A stretch of 39,526 bases of DNA from Chloroflexota bacterium (GTDB lineage Bacteria > Chloroflexota > Anaerolineae > Anaerolineales > UBA11858). Positions within the stretch are counted from its first letter, which is position 1, and each line of letters begins with the position of its first letter. A program made the position numbers and the translations under genes. The stretch spans positions 1 to 39,526 of the forward strand of contig QMOK01000003.1 of the NCBI GenBank assembly GCA_003648195.1, written 5' to 3'. A model generated the notes under the pieces. That model did no database searches, was not told where the DNA came from, and saw only the letters and a program-made list of their open reading frames with translations. Positions 18,260 to 27,892 of the stretch are shown here, piece by piece.

Positions 18260-19342
18260 ATGAAAACAACCTATAAACTTCTACTCTTAACCCTGCTTAT
18301 CGCTACCATTCTCATACCCCAAGCTGCACAAGCTTCAGGGCTTATGGATGATAAAGTCGTCTTTGGCGGCAACTATACCCTTAGCGAAGGCGAAACCCTA
18401 AACGGTGACCTGGTAGTCTTTGGCGGCAACGCGACCATTGAACGCGGCTCAACAATCAATGGAGATGTCGTTATCATGGGCGGAAGCGCTGATATAGACG
18501 GCACAATCAACGGCACCCTAGTCTCTATGGGCGGATACCTAAAAATCAAAGCCAACGCCCAAATTAACGGAGAACTAACAGCCTTAGGAAGCAGCATAGA
18601 ACGCTCTGAAGAAGCGCAAATCAATGGAAACATCGTCACCTCAGAAGACATCCCCTTTGAATTTGATTTTCCGCGCGGCATCACCATGCCCAAGCAATTC
18701 TCTCAAGCATTCCAATACACACACAACCCTTTAACCTCTGGAGCATGGTTCCTATTCCAAGTGCTAATTTGGACTGGAGCGGCCATCTTACTCACCCTAT
18801 TCTTCCAAAAACAAACCGAGACCGTCAGCCAAACCGCGCTAGAGCAACCAACCATGAGCGCAGGGATAGGGCTGCTAATAGTCATTCTCACCCCAGTCGT
18901 ACTGCTCCTCCTAATCGTTACCATCCTGCTCAGTCCGCTCGTCATAGCCGCTATCCCCATTCTCTTTATCGCCTGGCTATTTGGATGGGCAGCCCTAGGC
19001 CTCGAAGTTGGCAAACGCCTCATGAAAGCGACCAACCAAATCTGGTCTCCCGCGCTTTACGCAGGGCTGGGCATGTTCATCTTATCCCTAATCTTCAACG
19101 GCTTCCAAGAAGTGGTTCCATGTGTGGGAGGTCTTCCTAAATTCTTCGCAGGAATGTGGATGTTAGGCGCAGTCGCCCTCACCAAATTCGGCACCCAGAA
19201 ATACGCACCAGCGGGAGTGGTACCGGCTTCCCCAGCCCCTGTGCCAGTCCCCGCCGCGCCACAGTTACCAGAAGATTTCCCCGCCGAAGAGATTGAACCG
19301 CAAGAAGAAATTCCATCTCCCGAAGGTGAAGAAACCGAATAA
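18260..19342 (+). CDS. Bactofilin-like beta-helix membrane protein
   Basis: Signal peptide, repeated NGDLVVFGG/NGDVVIMGG/NGTLVSMGG units, then several TM helices and an acidic Pro-rich tail. Confidence 0.8.
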   Translation: MKTTYKLLLLTLLIATILIPQAAQASGLMDDKVVFGGNYTLSEGETLNGDLVVFGGNATIERGSTINGDVVIMGGSADIDGTINGTLVSMGGYLKIKANAQINGELTALGSSIERSEEAQINGNIVTSEDIPFEFDFPRGITMPKQFSQAFQYTHNPLTSGAWFLFQVLIWTGAAILLTLFFQKQTETVSQTALEQPTMSAGIGLLIVILTPVVLLLLIVTILLSPLVIAAIPILFIAWLFGWAALGLEVGKRLMKATNQIWSPALYAGLGMFILSLIFNGFQEVVPCVGGLPKFFAGMWMLGAVALTKFGTQKYAPAGVVPASPAPVPVPAAPQLPEDFPAEEIEPQEEIPSPEGEETE

Positions 19343-19361
19343 ACTCAACTGTTGAAAAAAC

Positions 19362-19401
19362 AAAAGACCTCAAAGGACAAAACGCCTTTGGGGTCTTTTT
19401 T
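19362..19401 (+). terminator. Intrinsic terminator of the ECF operon
   Basis: AAAAGACCTCAAAGG-loop-CCTTTGGGGTCTTTTTT. Confidence 0.75.
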
Positions 19402-19462
19402 GTTACCCGCGGCAAGTTTCTGTTTACCTGCGCGAAATTCCAAGAGCAATCAAATTTTAAGC

Positions 19463-19592
19463 GTAACTACTCAGCCCATCTTTGAAATATCACTGCGAGG
19501 GGCATTTTTTACCCCGAAGCAGTCTCCCAGACGCTTAGGAGATTGCTTCAGCGGGAAAACATCGCTTCGCAATGACATGCCTGAGTAGTTAC
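19463..19592. mobile_element. MITE family C copy 1 (130 bp)
   Basis: Perfect 12-bp TIR GTAACTACTCAG / CTGAGTAGTTAC. 8-bp TSD TTTTAAGC on both sides. Confidence 0.9.
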
Positions 19593-19668
19593 TTTTAAGC
19601 TATAATTGGGACAAATTTCTAAAACCGCTAAAAAATAGCGAAGTTATGTAGTGAAAGGAAATGCCAAA

Positions 19669-20472
19669 ATGTCAAATCTGCTAAACAATCCCCCATCTCC
19701 ACAACGAATATTCTTTTATATCATCCTCGCGTTTGCAGTGAGTGCCTGTAATTTACCCTCTTCCACCCCTGCCAGCTCACCTAAAGAGAAACTAATTGGA
19801 ACGAGCGTAGCGCAAACCATGGAGGCAGTTAAAGCTCAACCCCCTACAGCGACAAACGCTCCCACGCACACGCCAACAAAATTGCCCCCAACCCTAACCG
19901 CAACAATCACTTTAACAACAACGCCTACTCCAACTTATGCGCTACCCATCCTAAGCTTTGAGGGAGATACAAATTGTCGCAGCGGCCCGGGGCTAAATTA
20001 CGAGATAATTGGCACTTACATTGAGGGCGAAAAAGCAGAGATTCTAGGAAGACACCCCAGCGAGGATTTCTGGGTGGTCAAAGCCCCGTACGGAGAAGGA
20101 GATTGCTGGGTTGTAGGTGACTATGCCTCAGCTTCTGGGAGCTACTTGGTGGTGCCAACAATGACGCCTCCACCCACCAATACACCCAGCCCACCCATCG
20201 CGCCAACCCTACAAGAATACAATTACGCCTGTAATTGGGATGGCAGCCAGACTAATATGACTATGACCATGGTATGGAGCGATTGGGCCGACAATGAAGA
20301 CGGGTATCGCATCTACCGCAACGGTGTACTAATTATTGATTTGAGCGCAAACACAACAACCTACGTAGACGTGGTCGCCGTAAACCTCACCCAGACCATC
20401 ACTTACGGAATTGAAGCCTACAATTCCAGCGGAGTTTCGGGGCAAGCGACATTTTCTGCATCTTGCCAATAA
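19669..20472 (+). CDS. Lipoprotein with Pro/Thr linker, SH3-like and FN3-like domains
   Basis: IILAFAVSAC lipobox, NCRSGPGLNY (SH3b), WSDWADNEDGYRIYRNG...YGIEAYN (FN3). Start uncertain (GTG 19651 or ATG 19669). Confidence 0.75.
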   Translation: MSNLLNNPPSPQRIFFYIILAFAVSACNLPSSTPASSPKEKLIGTSVAQTMEAVKAQPPTATNAPTHTPTKLPPTLTATITLTTTPTPTYALPILSFEGDTNCRSGPGLNYEIIGTYIEGEKAEILGRHPSEDFWVVKAPYGEGDCWVVGDYASASGSYLVVPTMTPPPTNTPSPPIAPTLQEYNYACNWDGSQTNMTMTMVWSDWADNEDGYRIYRNGVLIIDLSANTTTYVDVVAVNLTQTITYGIEAYNSSGVSGQATFSASCQ

Positions 20473-20501
20473 ACGGGCAGCAAAGCCCACCTCACCTTTT
20501 A

Positions 20502-20683
20502 GGCTCTTTTGGAATTCACGGGGTAGATGTCATTGCGAACCTCCGTTTTCGCTGTGCGTGCCCGTTGGCAGGAGGTGCGGCAATCCCTCAGATAGCTTGG
20601 GAGGCTGCCACGTCACAAAAGACGTTCCTCGCAGCGACATAGTTGGGGTACTTTGTTAAATCCCCGCCATTTCCTGAAGAACC
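20502..20683. mobile_element. MITE family B copy 2 (182 bp)
   Basis: Imperfect TIR GGCTCTTTTGGAA / TTCCTGAAGAACC. Perfect 8-bp TSD ACCTTTTA (20494-20501, 20684-20691). Confidence 0.85.
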
Positions 20684-20711
20684 ACCTTTTAATATGCCAA
20701 GAGGACTAACT

Positions 20712-21683
20712 ATGAACATTTTTATCACCGGCGGAGCGGGCTATATCGGTTCCGCTACCGCCCAAAAACTACTAGAAGCCGGATATAAAGTAACAGTGTA
20801 TGACGCATTAATCACAGGGCACAGGGAAGCAATCCCCAACGGAGTGCAACTCGTTGAGGCTAACCTTGCTAATAAAGAAGCACTCCGCCAGGCGTTAACC
20901 AGCCAACCTTTTGATGCCGTGATGCACTTCGCGGCTTTTATAGAAGCCGGCGAAAGTATGAAAAATCCGGGCAAATATTACCAAAACAACCTGGTGAATT
21001 CCATCAACCTCATTGAAGCAGCCACTCGAGCGGGGGTAAAACGCTTTGTGCTTTCTTCTACAGCGGCTGTCTACCAATCTAGCAACGAACCTCTCAGTGA
21101 AGAATCCACGCTGGGGCCAACTAATGTGTACGGGCACACCAAATTGATGATTGAACAAGTGCTGGACTGGTATCGCCAGGTACACGGATTACACTACGCG
21201 GCTTTGCGCTACTTTAACGCGGCGGGCGCTCTTCCCGGGCGTGGAGAAGCCCATCAACCCGAATCGCACCTCATCCCGCTTGTGCTTCAAGTTCCCCTTG
21301 GGCAGCGAGAAAATATCAGCATCTTTGGTACCGACTACGCCACCCCCGATGGAACGTGCATCCGCGACTACATCCACATTTCAGACTTGATTTCGGCGCA
21401 TCTCTTGGCTCTTGACGCGCTTGAAGAGCATGAGAAATTGATTTATAACCTGGGGAACGGGCAGGGATATTCGGTGCGCGAGGTAATTGAGACAGCGCGT
21501 GAAGTAACTGGGCACACCATCCCGGCCATTGAGACGCCCCGGCGTCCCGGCGATTCCGCGCGGCTGGTGGCGTCTTCGGATCGCATCCGCCAAGAGTTGG
21601 GTTGGGAGCCTGAAACGCCTGACTTAAAGAAAATTATCGCCAGCGCGTGGGAATGGCACCAGGCACATCCAACAGGGTATTAA
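20712..21683 (+). CDS. galE: UDP-glucose 4-epimerase
   Basis: TGGAGYIGS, HFAAFIEAGES, YGHTK, LRYFNAAG, GTCIRDYIH. ATG 20712 after GAGGA. Confidence 0.96.
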   Translation: MNIFITGGAGYIGSATAQKLLEAGYKVTVYDALITGHREAIPNGVQLVEANLANKEALRQALTSQPFDAVMHFAAFIEAGESMKNPGKYYQNNLVNSINLIEAATRAGVKRFVLSSTAAVYQSSNEPLSEESTLGPTNVYGHTKLMIEQVLDWYRQVHGLHYAALRYFNAAGALPGRGEAHQPESHLIPLVLQVPLGQRENISIFGTDYATPDGTCIRDYIHISDLISAHLLALDALEEHEKLIYNLGNGQGYSVREVIETAREVTGHTIPAIETPRRPGDSARLVASSDRIRQELGWEPETPDLKKIIASAWEWHQAHPTGY

Positions 21684-22058
21684 GGGATGAACAACAGACG
21701 CATTGCACACAAGCTTGTAGTGTTGAAGAAATACATTGTGAGACCATATCTAGTGCTGTTCCTATGTGTTAATCCTACTGAACTGAGGTAATTGGGATAC
21801 GCGTGCATTTTCCCTATTTTACGATTGTTTTTGGGCTTGGTCACAAATAACTTTCACCCGATGAACACGGCTAGTTCAAAGACCGTGTCCCTTGGGCACG
21901 AAAAGCACAAAGTTAATAATGCACAACCTCTTTGCGTGTTTTCTATTTTCTTCTGGTATACTTTCTTATCGGCATGGCAAGGTTTTTAAGTCTTGCCTCA
22001 TCTTATCAAGAACCAATTTTTCTATCTTTACTCCCTACAAGAAAAAACGAGGCCCAAA

Positions 22059-22883
22059 ATGGCTACTTACCAAGAATCAATGCAAATGCTCAAACTAACA
22101 AGCCGAACATTTTATCTGCCCATCGTTCGGTTACCTAAAGGAATCAGGGAAGCTGTTGCGTCTGGATACCTTTGTCTTCGAGCAATTGATGAAGTAGAAG
22201 ACCATCCCACCTTAGAAGCAGAGCACAAAGCCAGAATACTCCACACCATCAGCCAAATTTTTCAAGCCCAAACATCGGCAGACTCTTTTGCTTACCATGC
22301 CCTTGAAACAGCTTTTGTGGAATATCATGACGTTCTGCCTGAAGTAACCCTGCGCGTTGGAGAATGGGCATGCCTAGCACCAACCTTTATAGCCCCTCGC
22401 GTCTGGGAGGCGACAGCTACAATGGCCGATCGTATGGCTCATTGGGCCGCCAATGGATTTGAAGTGGTCTCAATAGCGGACTTGGACCGCTATACTTACG
22501 GTGTGGCCGGGGCGGTAGGCTTGCTGCTTTGCGATCTTTGGGCTTGGTTTGAAAAAATACAAATTCACCGTACACACGCTATCCAATTTGGACGTGGTTT
22601 ACAAACTGTTAATATTTTGCGTAACCGCAGCGAAGACTTGTCTCGCGGGGTGAATTTCTTTCCCGAAGATTGGGACAAGGCGCGCATGTTCGCTTACGCT
22701 CGTGAGAATCTCGATAGTTTCAGTGATTACGCTAAAACATTGCCCAAAACAACATTTATGAATTTTGTCGCAATCCCCCGCGCGCTGGCTTACGCTACTC
22801 TTAATGTCTTAGAGCGCGGCGAAAAGAAACTCACCCGCAAAGCGGTGATGGAGATAGTTAAGCAACTTGAGTCAAAAGCATAG
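22059..22883 (+). CDS. Squalene synthase (phytoene/squalene synthase family, cyanobacterial type)
   Basis: TSRTFYLPI, YLCLRAIDEVEDHP, DLDRYTYGVAGAVG, FGRGLQTVNILRN. As recalled, closely resembles Synechocystis Sll0513. Confidence 0.85.
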   Translation: MATYQESMQMLKLTSRTFYLPIVRLPKGIREAVASGYLCLRAIDEVEDHPTLEAEHKARILHTISQIFQAQTSADSFAYHALETAFVEYHDVLPEVTLRVGEWACLAPTFIAPRVWEATATMADRMAHWAANGFEVVSIADLDRYTYGVAGAVGLLLCDLWAWFEKIQIHRTHAIQFGRGLQTVNILRNRSEDLSRGVNFFPEDWDKARMFAYARENLDSFSDYAKTLPKTTFMNFVAIPRALAYATLNVLERGEKKLTRKAVMEIVKQLESKA

Positions 22884-22906
22884 TTAAGCAACTTTTATCA
22901 AAAACA

Positions 22907-24115
22907 ATGAACACACTCTACGATATTGCCATCATTGGTGCCGGGCCTGGGGGAACCACTACGGCCAGTTATTTAGCTAGAGCGGGGGTTCGCGTTCTGC
23001 TAGTAGATAAAGCTAAGTTCCCACGCGACAAAACCTGCGGAGATGCTCTATCGCCCAATGCTCTTAAAGTTCTAGGGGATTTGGGGTTGCTAGGCGCGGT
23101 CAAGGATTTTGGGTTCCGTCTCAATGGCGTTCGGCTTGTTGCGCCAGATGGCAACGAGATGGTTGCGTCAATTCCCCAAAAAGCGGGGTTAGTTGACTAT
23201 CTCTATATTGCGCCACGCTATAGGCTAGACAATTTGCTTCTTCAACATGCTATTGATTCAGGAGCTGAATTTAAGCCTGGATTCAAGGTTAGTGATATTC
23301 AAGTAGAGCGTGATAAGGTGGCTATTGTTGGAAAAAATCGTAAGGTTACCAGTAGTTTTACGGCGCGGATGGGGGTAATTGCAACGGGGGCTAATATTTC
23401 GCTATTGAAAAAGACTGGATTGATGTCTCATTCACCAAAATTTGCAGTTGCAGCCCGCGCGTATTTTGAAAATTTGACCAATTTAGACAACCTGATGGAA
23501 ATCCGCTTTGATGGAGTACCAATCCCGGGCTACGGTTGGATTTTTCCAACTTCGGCTACATCTGCTAATGTGGGGGCTGGTTTCTTGAAAAAATCCCGCA
23601 ATCTACCAATCACAGCTAGAAGAGTATTCGATACATTCCTGGCTCACGGCCCGGTTCAAGAAAGGCTGGGGAATAGCAAACGCATGGGAACGGTTAAAAG
23701 TTATCCCTTGCACATGGGTTTTTCCGCCGCCCGTACTTTCAGTGACCGGCTTATAGTTGTGGGCGAGGCGGCAGGGTTAGTAAATCCATTTACTGGGGAG
23801 GGAATTGATTACGCTATGGAATCCGGACAAATTGCGGCGCAGGTGTTAAATCACCAATTGGGTAGAGGTGATTTTTCATCGCGGGCATTGCATGCCTACG
23901 ATAAAAAACTACGCGCTCGCTTTCAAAGTATCTTTGTTTGGAGTACCCATATGCGTGGTCTTTATATGAATAATTGGTTACTCAATCCCCTTATCCGCGC
24001 GGCTGGCAAAGAAAGCTTCGTGAGAAAAAGTTTCATAGAAATATTGTTGGGCTACTGCAATGCAGGCAAGGCTCTGTCTCCCCATATAATTTACCATGTG
24101 CTGCGGAATTTTTAA
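22907..24115 (+). CDS. Geranylgeranyl reductase family FAD-dependent oxidoreductase
   Basis: GAGPGG, FPRDKTCGD, GYGWIFP, ANVGAG, GEAAGLVNPFTGEGIDYAMESG. Confidence 0.9.
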   Translation: MNTLYDIAIIGAGPGGTTTASYLARAGVRVLLVDKAKFPRDKTCGDALSPNALKVLGDLGLLGAVKDFGFRLNGVRLVAPDGNEMVASIPQKAGLVDYLYIAPRYRLDNLLLQHAIDSGAEFKPGFKVSDIQVERDKVAIVGKNRKVTSSFTARMGVIATGANISLLKKTGLMSHSPKFAVAARAYFENLTNLDNLMEIRFDGVPIPGYGWIFPTSATSANVGAGFLKKSRNLPITARRVFDTFLAHGPVQERLGNSKRMGTVKSYPLHMGFSAARTFSDRLIVVGEAAGLVNPFTGEGIDYAMESGQIAAQVLNHQLGRGDFSSRALHAYDKKLRARFQSIFVWSTHMRGLYMNNWLLNPLIRAAGKESFVRKSFIEILLGYCNAGKALSPHIIYHVLRNF

Positions 24116-24166
24116 GCCTTGTGAGTAGGCGCAACGCAAGTTCAAAGTCTCGCTGAGTTAAAATGT

Positions 24167-24214
24167 AACGCCTTGGTCGCACATTCCCTCAGGAATAAGG
24201 CCAAGGCGTTTTTT
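24167..24214 (+). terminator. Probable terminator between convergent genes
   Basis: AACGCCTTGGTC / GGCCAAGGCGTT followed by a T run. Confidence 0.55.
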
Positions 24215-24245
24215 ATCTCTAATTGAATGCTCGTGTGTCTCGCTT

Positions 24246-27200
24246 CTAAACGACATCCTTTCTTTTTTGGGCAATAAACATGATAATGAAATAGCCTAAC
24301 ATGATTGCGCAAGTTGCCAGCCAACGCCTGGCAATAGTCTTATCAAAAACGTACCCATAATCATCGTACACAGAGCCAAGTAATGTTTCAGCGCTGTTGA
24401 TAGCCTTTTCCCGATTCTTGACCCAGTCGGCGCGTTCGTCTCCATATTCTTGCATGGCGTTTGTGTATTCATCCGCTTGCTCTTGGCGCAAGTTGGCATA
24501 ATCATCGCTCTGTCCAGCCATTAGGTCTGCGTATACTTGCCCCTGATCTTTGCTTTCCAGACGATAATTTTCAAACTGCTCCATGAAGGCGTCTTGTTGT
24601 TCTTGTCCTTGATTGCGTTGATTTTCCATATACACACCCATTTCACGGGGGTCAACTGGAGTTGGAAACGGGGTAAGGGATGGCAACGGAGTAGGCGTAA
24701 AGATTGGCGTTAGCGATGGCAAAGCTGTAGGGTAAGCGTAAGCTGTTGGTTGAGGTGGTTCTTCAGGTTCGGGTATGGCAAGCTTTTCTTTGGCGATATC
24801 GTCGTAGAAATCAGGAGATAGTACGCCAGGAAAATCAGCGCAATCTGTAAAGATACTTTCTCCCATGCAAATACAATCTTGTTTGATAGCGTCTGGCAGG
24901 CGTTGCCGATCTTCTTGGAATGCCATGCAAGGGTCTATCATTAGTTTATCTCCCATATGCGTGGATTTAACAAGTCCTTCCCAAATCCAGCGCGAGGACA
25001 TAATCGTGCTAATCTGTCTTCCTCCGGGCATGACGTCAATGGGCAATAGGGCGCCGGCAAACAAGAATTGCGGCACTAAAATAATTATTAGCAAAATCAT
25101 GGACGAGTTCTGGTTGGGGGCAATAGCCGAGACCATCAAGCCAATAAGATAGCCTGACAAACTCCCCAGCAACAAGGTTATAAAGAGGGCAATATAATCT
25201 TGGATGCTAGGAATAGTTGGCCGCACGAAGAAAATGCGGAAAGCCATCAACACAGCCGCCTGGTAAATGGCTAAGACGACGCCAACCCATACCTTTGAGA
25301 GGAGGTAGGGAAGGATACGTAAATTGACTGCCCTTTCCCTCTTGTAAATATCCGTTTCTTTAACTATCTCTCTAACACTGCACAGCGAACCGGCCAATAA
25401 GGCAACGATGGATAGCATGTACCATTGGGACATGACCAATTCTACGTCACCGGTTACAGGGTCAAAAAGGTCTTTACCCCAAATGAAATCCATCATCCCT
25501 AAAATTGGCGCTAAGGCCAACATCATAGTTAATGAGACTTTGTCTTGCATCATAATTTTAAGGTTACGAGCGGAAAGAATCAAGAATTGGCGTAGTGAGG
25601 AGAGTTTTCTTTTGGCTTTATGCAGTTTCTCGGCTTGTTGAGCTGTAACAGGCCGGTTTTTCGCTTGGGGACTGTCTTTTCCCATAATTTTGGCGTAAAC
25701 GCTAGAGTGCAGATAACGCTCGCGCCATTCGTTGGGGGCACCACGTGAATCGTCATCCAAAATCCGGTAAATATCATCGAATTCCATTTTCTTTTCGCGG
25801 CGTTCACGATCTGTTCGATGTTCATCAAAGTATGCTAAGGCATCTTCAGGGGCACCGTAGAAGGCTAAATTTCCCCCACGCGCTAAAAAGATAACCTTAT
25901 CACACAGCATCACGTTTTTAGTGGCGTGCGTGATTAAAATTACCGTGCGGCCTTGGTCAGCTAGGTTGCGCATCAGTTTCATCATGTCGTATTCGGTGCC
26001 GGGGTCTAAGCCGCTGGTAGGTTCGTCCAAGAAGAATAGACGCGGTTTGGTTAGCAGCTCTACACCTATAGATACGCGTTTTAGCTGTCCGCCAGATAAA
26101 TTGGAAATTGGTACATCTTGCCGTTCAATCAAATCTAGTTCTTTGAGTACTTCTTGAACCGCAGCATGTCGCTCTGACTTGCCAATATCTGAAGGCATGC
26201 GCAGTTGCGCTACGTAATCTAAGGCGATCTTGGGAGTTAATTCTGCGTGAACAATGTCTTTTTGGGGGACGTAACCAATGTCGTTTCGGAAAAGATCGTA
26301 GTGATTATAAAGTTCAACTCCATTGATTAGCACCTGACCATGGCTAGCAGGCCAATACCCGCTTATGGCATTAAGGAACGTTGTTTTTCCCGATCCGCTC
26401 ATTCCAACCAAGGCAACAAATTCATTCGGTTCAATAATTAGGTTAATATTTTTTAGTAGGTTGAGCGTGTCGCTAACTCGTTGGTTGATGTTTTTAGCTG
26501 TGATTTTTAAACCAGTTTCAATTCTTCCTTGTAGTTTATTTCCGGCAATTTCAAAGACAAATGGGCCAATGCAAATCTGGTCATAGTCCTCTAAAAATTT
26601 CTCGTTTTCGACAATATCTTTATTAACATAAACTCCGTTAGTGCTGCGTAAGTCTTTTATGCGGTAACGCTTCCCTACTTTTTCAAACACTGCATGGTAA
26701 CGGCTAACCAGGGGATGCTCCAAGACAACATGATTATCTCGCGCGCGGCCAATTGTCACGCGGGCATGAGAAGCCAAATCCATAGTTCTTACCTGAGTAG
26801 GGACTATGGACATATCTGTATCTATGATGGTTTCTGAAGTATCAACGCCATCTATCCAAACGGCATCCCCCGGCATGATCATTGTTCCACTGACAGCGGC
26901 TCCTATTTCACTTAGAACTTCAACGCAGAGTTCATGGTTTCCTATGGTTATTTTCTGCCCGGCGTCAAATTGGTATTTCTCACGCGGTTTCAATGGTAAT
27001 CCATCTAACTCAATCCCATTCGTAGAATCCAAATCCGTTATCCAAAGAGTGCCAGCATCAACTGTTATAGTGCCATGCAGCCGCGAAACCTCATGATCGT
27101 CTAGGCATAAATCATTATCTTCATCGCGCCCAATTGTAATATCACCAGGTAGAAGGACAAACGTGTTCCATGCCCCACCCTGCAAACGATACCGCAACTG

Positions 27201-27626
27201 GAAACGATCGTTCACGCCATGGCTTTGGTCGCCGCCCGCAATTACCGCCTTTGGGGAAGAGGCATCTACTCTAACGGCCTGAGGCATATCCACAGGTTTT
27301 ACCTCCTGAAGCGGGAACTTTAGCATCAACGTACAAGCTCCTATCGTCACCGATTGCCCTGCTGAAAGTTTAAAAGGAACGTTTGGCACCAACTCTTGAG
27401 AATCTACAAATGTGCCGTTACTGGAGCCTATATCTATCAAATAGGCCTGGGTTCCATCCCATTGTAAATAGGCATGTTGGCGTGAGACTCTAACATGATC
27501 AAGAATCAAATCACAATCTACGCCGCGTCCAATTACAATATTCCCCACAGCCAGAGGAAATTCTTGCCATTCTCCATTTTCTATCTGGTATTGAATTACG
27601 TAATCTGCCATTTTAACGCTCTCCAT
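24246..27626 (-). CDS. Triple-FHA ABC transporter ATPase/permease fusion (Rv1747-like)
   Basis: Three GR...SRxH...NG FHA motifs, Walker A GMSGSGKT, LSGGQ, FFLDEPTSGLD, ABC-2 type TM region. Confidence 0.92.
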   Translation of the reverse strand: MESVKMADYVIQYQIENGEWQEFPLAVGNIVIGRGVDCDLILDHVRVSRQHAYLQWDGTQAYLIDIGSSNGTFVDSQELVPNVPFKLSAGQSVTIGACTLMLKFPLQEVKPVDMPQAVRVDASSPKAVIAGGDQSHGVNDRFQLRYRLQGGAWNTFVLLPGDITIGRDEDNDLCLDDHEVSRLHGTITVDAGTLWITDLDSTNGIELDGLPLKPREKYQFDAGQKITIGNHELCVEVLSEIGAAVSGTMIMPGDAVWIDGVDTSETIIDTDMSIVPTQVRTMDLASHARVTIGRARDNHVVLEHPLVSRYHAVFEKVGKRYRIKDLRSTNGVYVNKDIVENEKFLEDYDQICIGPFVFEIAGNKLQGRIETGLKITAKNINQRVSDTLNLLKNINLIIEPNEFVALVGMSGSGKTTFLNAISGYWPASHGQVLINGVELYNHYDLFRNDIGYVPQKDIVHAELTPKIALDYVAQLRMPSDIGKSERHAAVQEVLKELDLIERQDVPISNLSGGQLKRVSIGVELLTKPRLFFLDEPTSGLDPGTEYDMMKLMRNLADQGRTVILITHATKNVMLCDKVIFLARGGNLAFYGAPEDALAYFDEHRTDRERREKKMEFDDIYRILDDDSRGAPNEWRERYLHSSVYAKIMGKDSPQAKNRPVTAQQAEKLHKAKRKLSSLRQFLILSARNLKIMMQDKVSLTMMLALAPILGMMDFIWGKDLFDPVTGDVELVMSQWYMLSIVALLAGSLCSVREIVKETDIYKRERAVNLRILPYLLSKVWVGVVLAIYQAAVLMAFRIFFVRPTIPSIQDYIALFITLLLGSLSGYLIGLMVSAIAPNQNSSMILLIIILVPQFLFAGALLPIDVMPGGRQISTIMSSRWIWEGLVKSTHMGDKLMIDPCMAFQEDRQRLPDAIKQDCICMGESIFTDCADFPGVLSPDFYDDIAKEKLAIPEPEEPPQPTAYAYPTALPSLTPIFTPTPLPSLTPFPTPVDPREMGVYMENQRNQGQEQQDAFMEQFENYRLESKDQGQVYADLMAGQSDDYANLRQEQADEYTNAMQEYGDERADWVKNREKAINSAETLLGSVYDDYGYVFDKTIARRWLATCAIMLGYFIIMFIAQKRKDVV

Positions 27627-27892
27627 AATTAGCTATATACACGTTAATGCACCATACTAAAAAATGCCCACCTATTTCTAGTCCGTTTTGAGTCATGCCA
27701 AAATACTCACAAACAAAACTAAATTGTAAATGACACACAATAAATTACAAATAATTGCTACAATCAATTCCCCACATTTTAAATTTACCATTCACCATTT
27801 CGCTTGACACAGACCCCTTACCACAGATTTTGGGCATAAAAACCCGTTTTCTAGACAACCTCAAATCATTTGAAACAGACCCTAATCATTCC

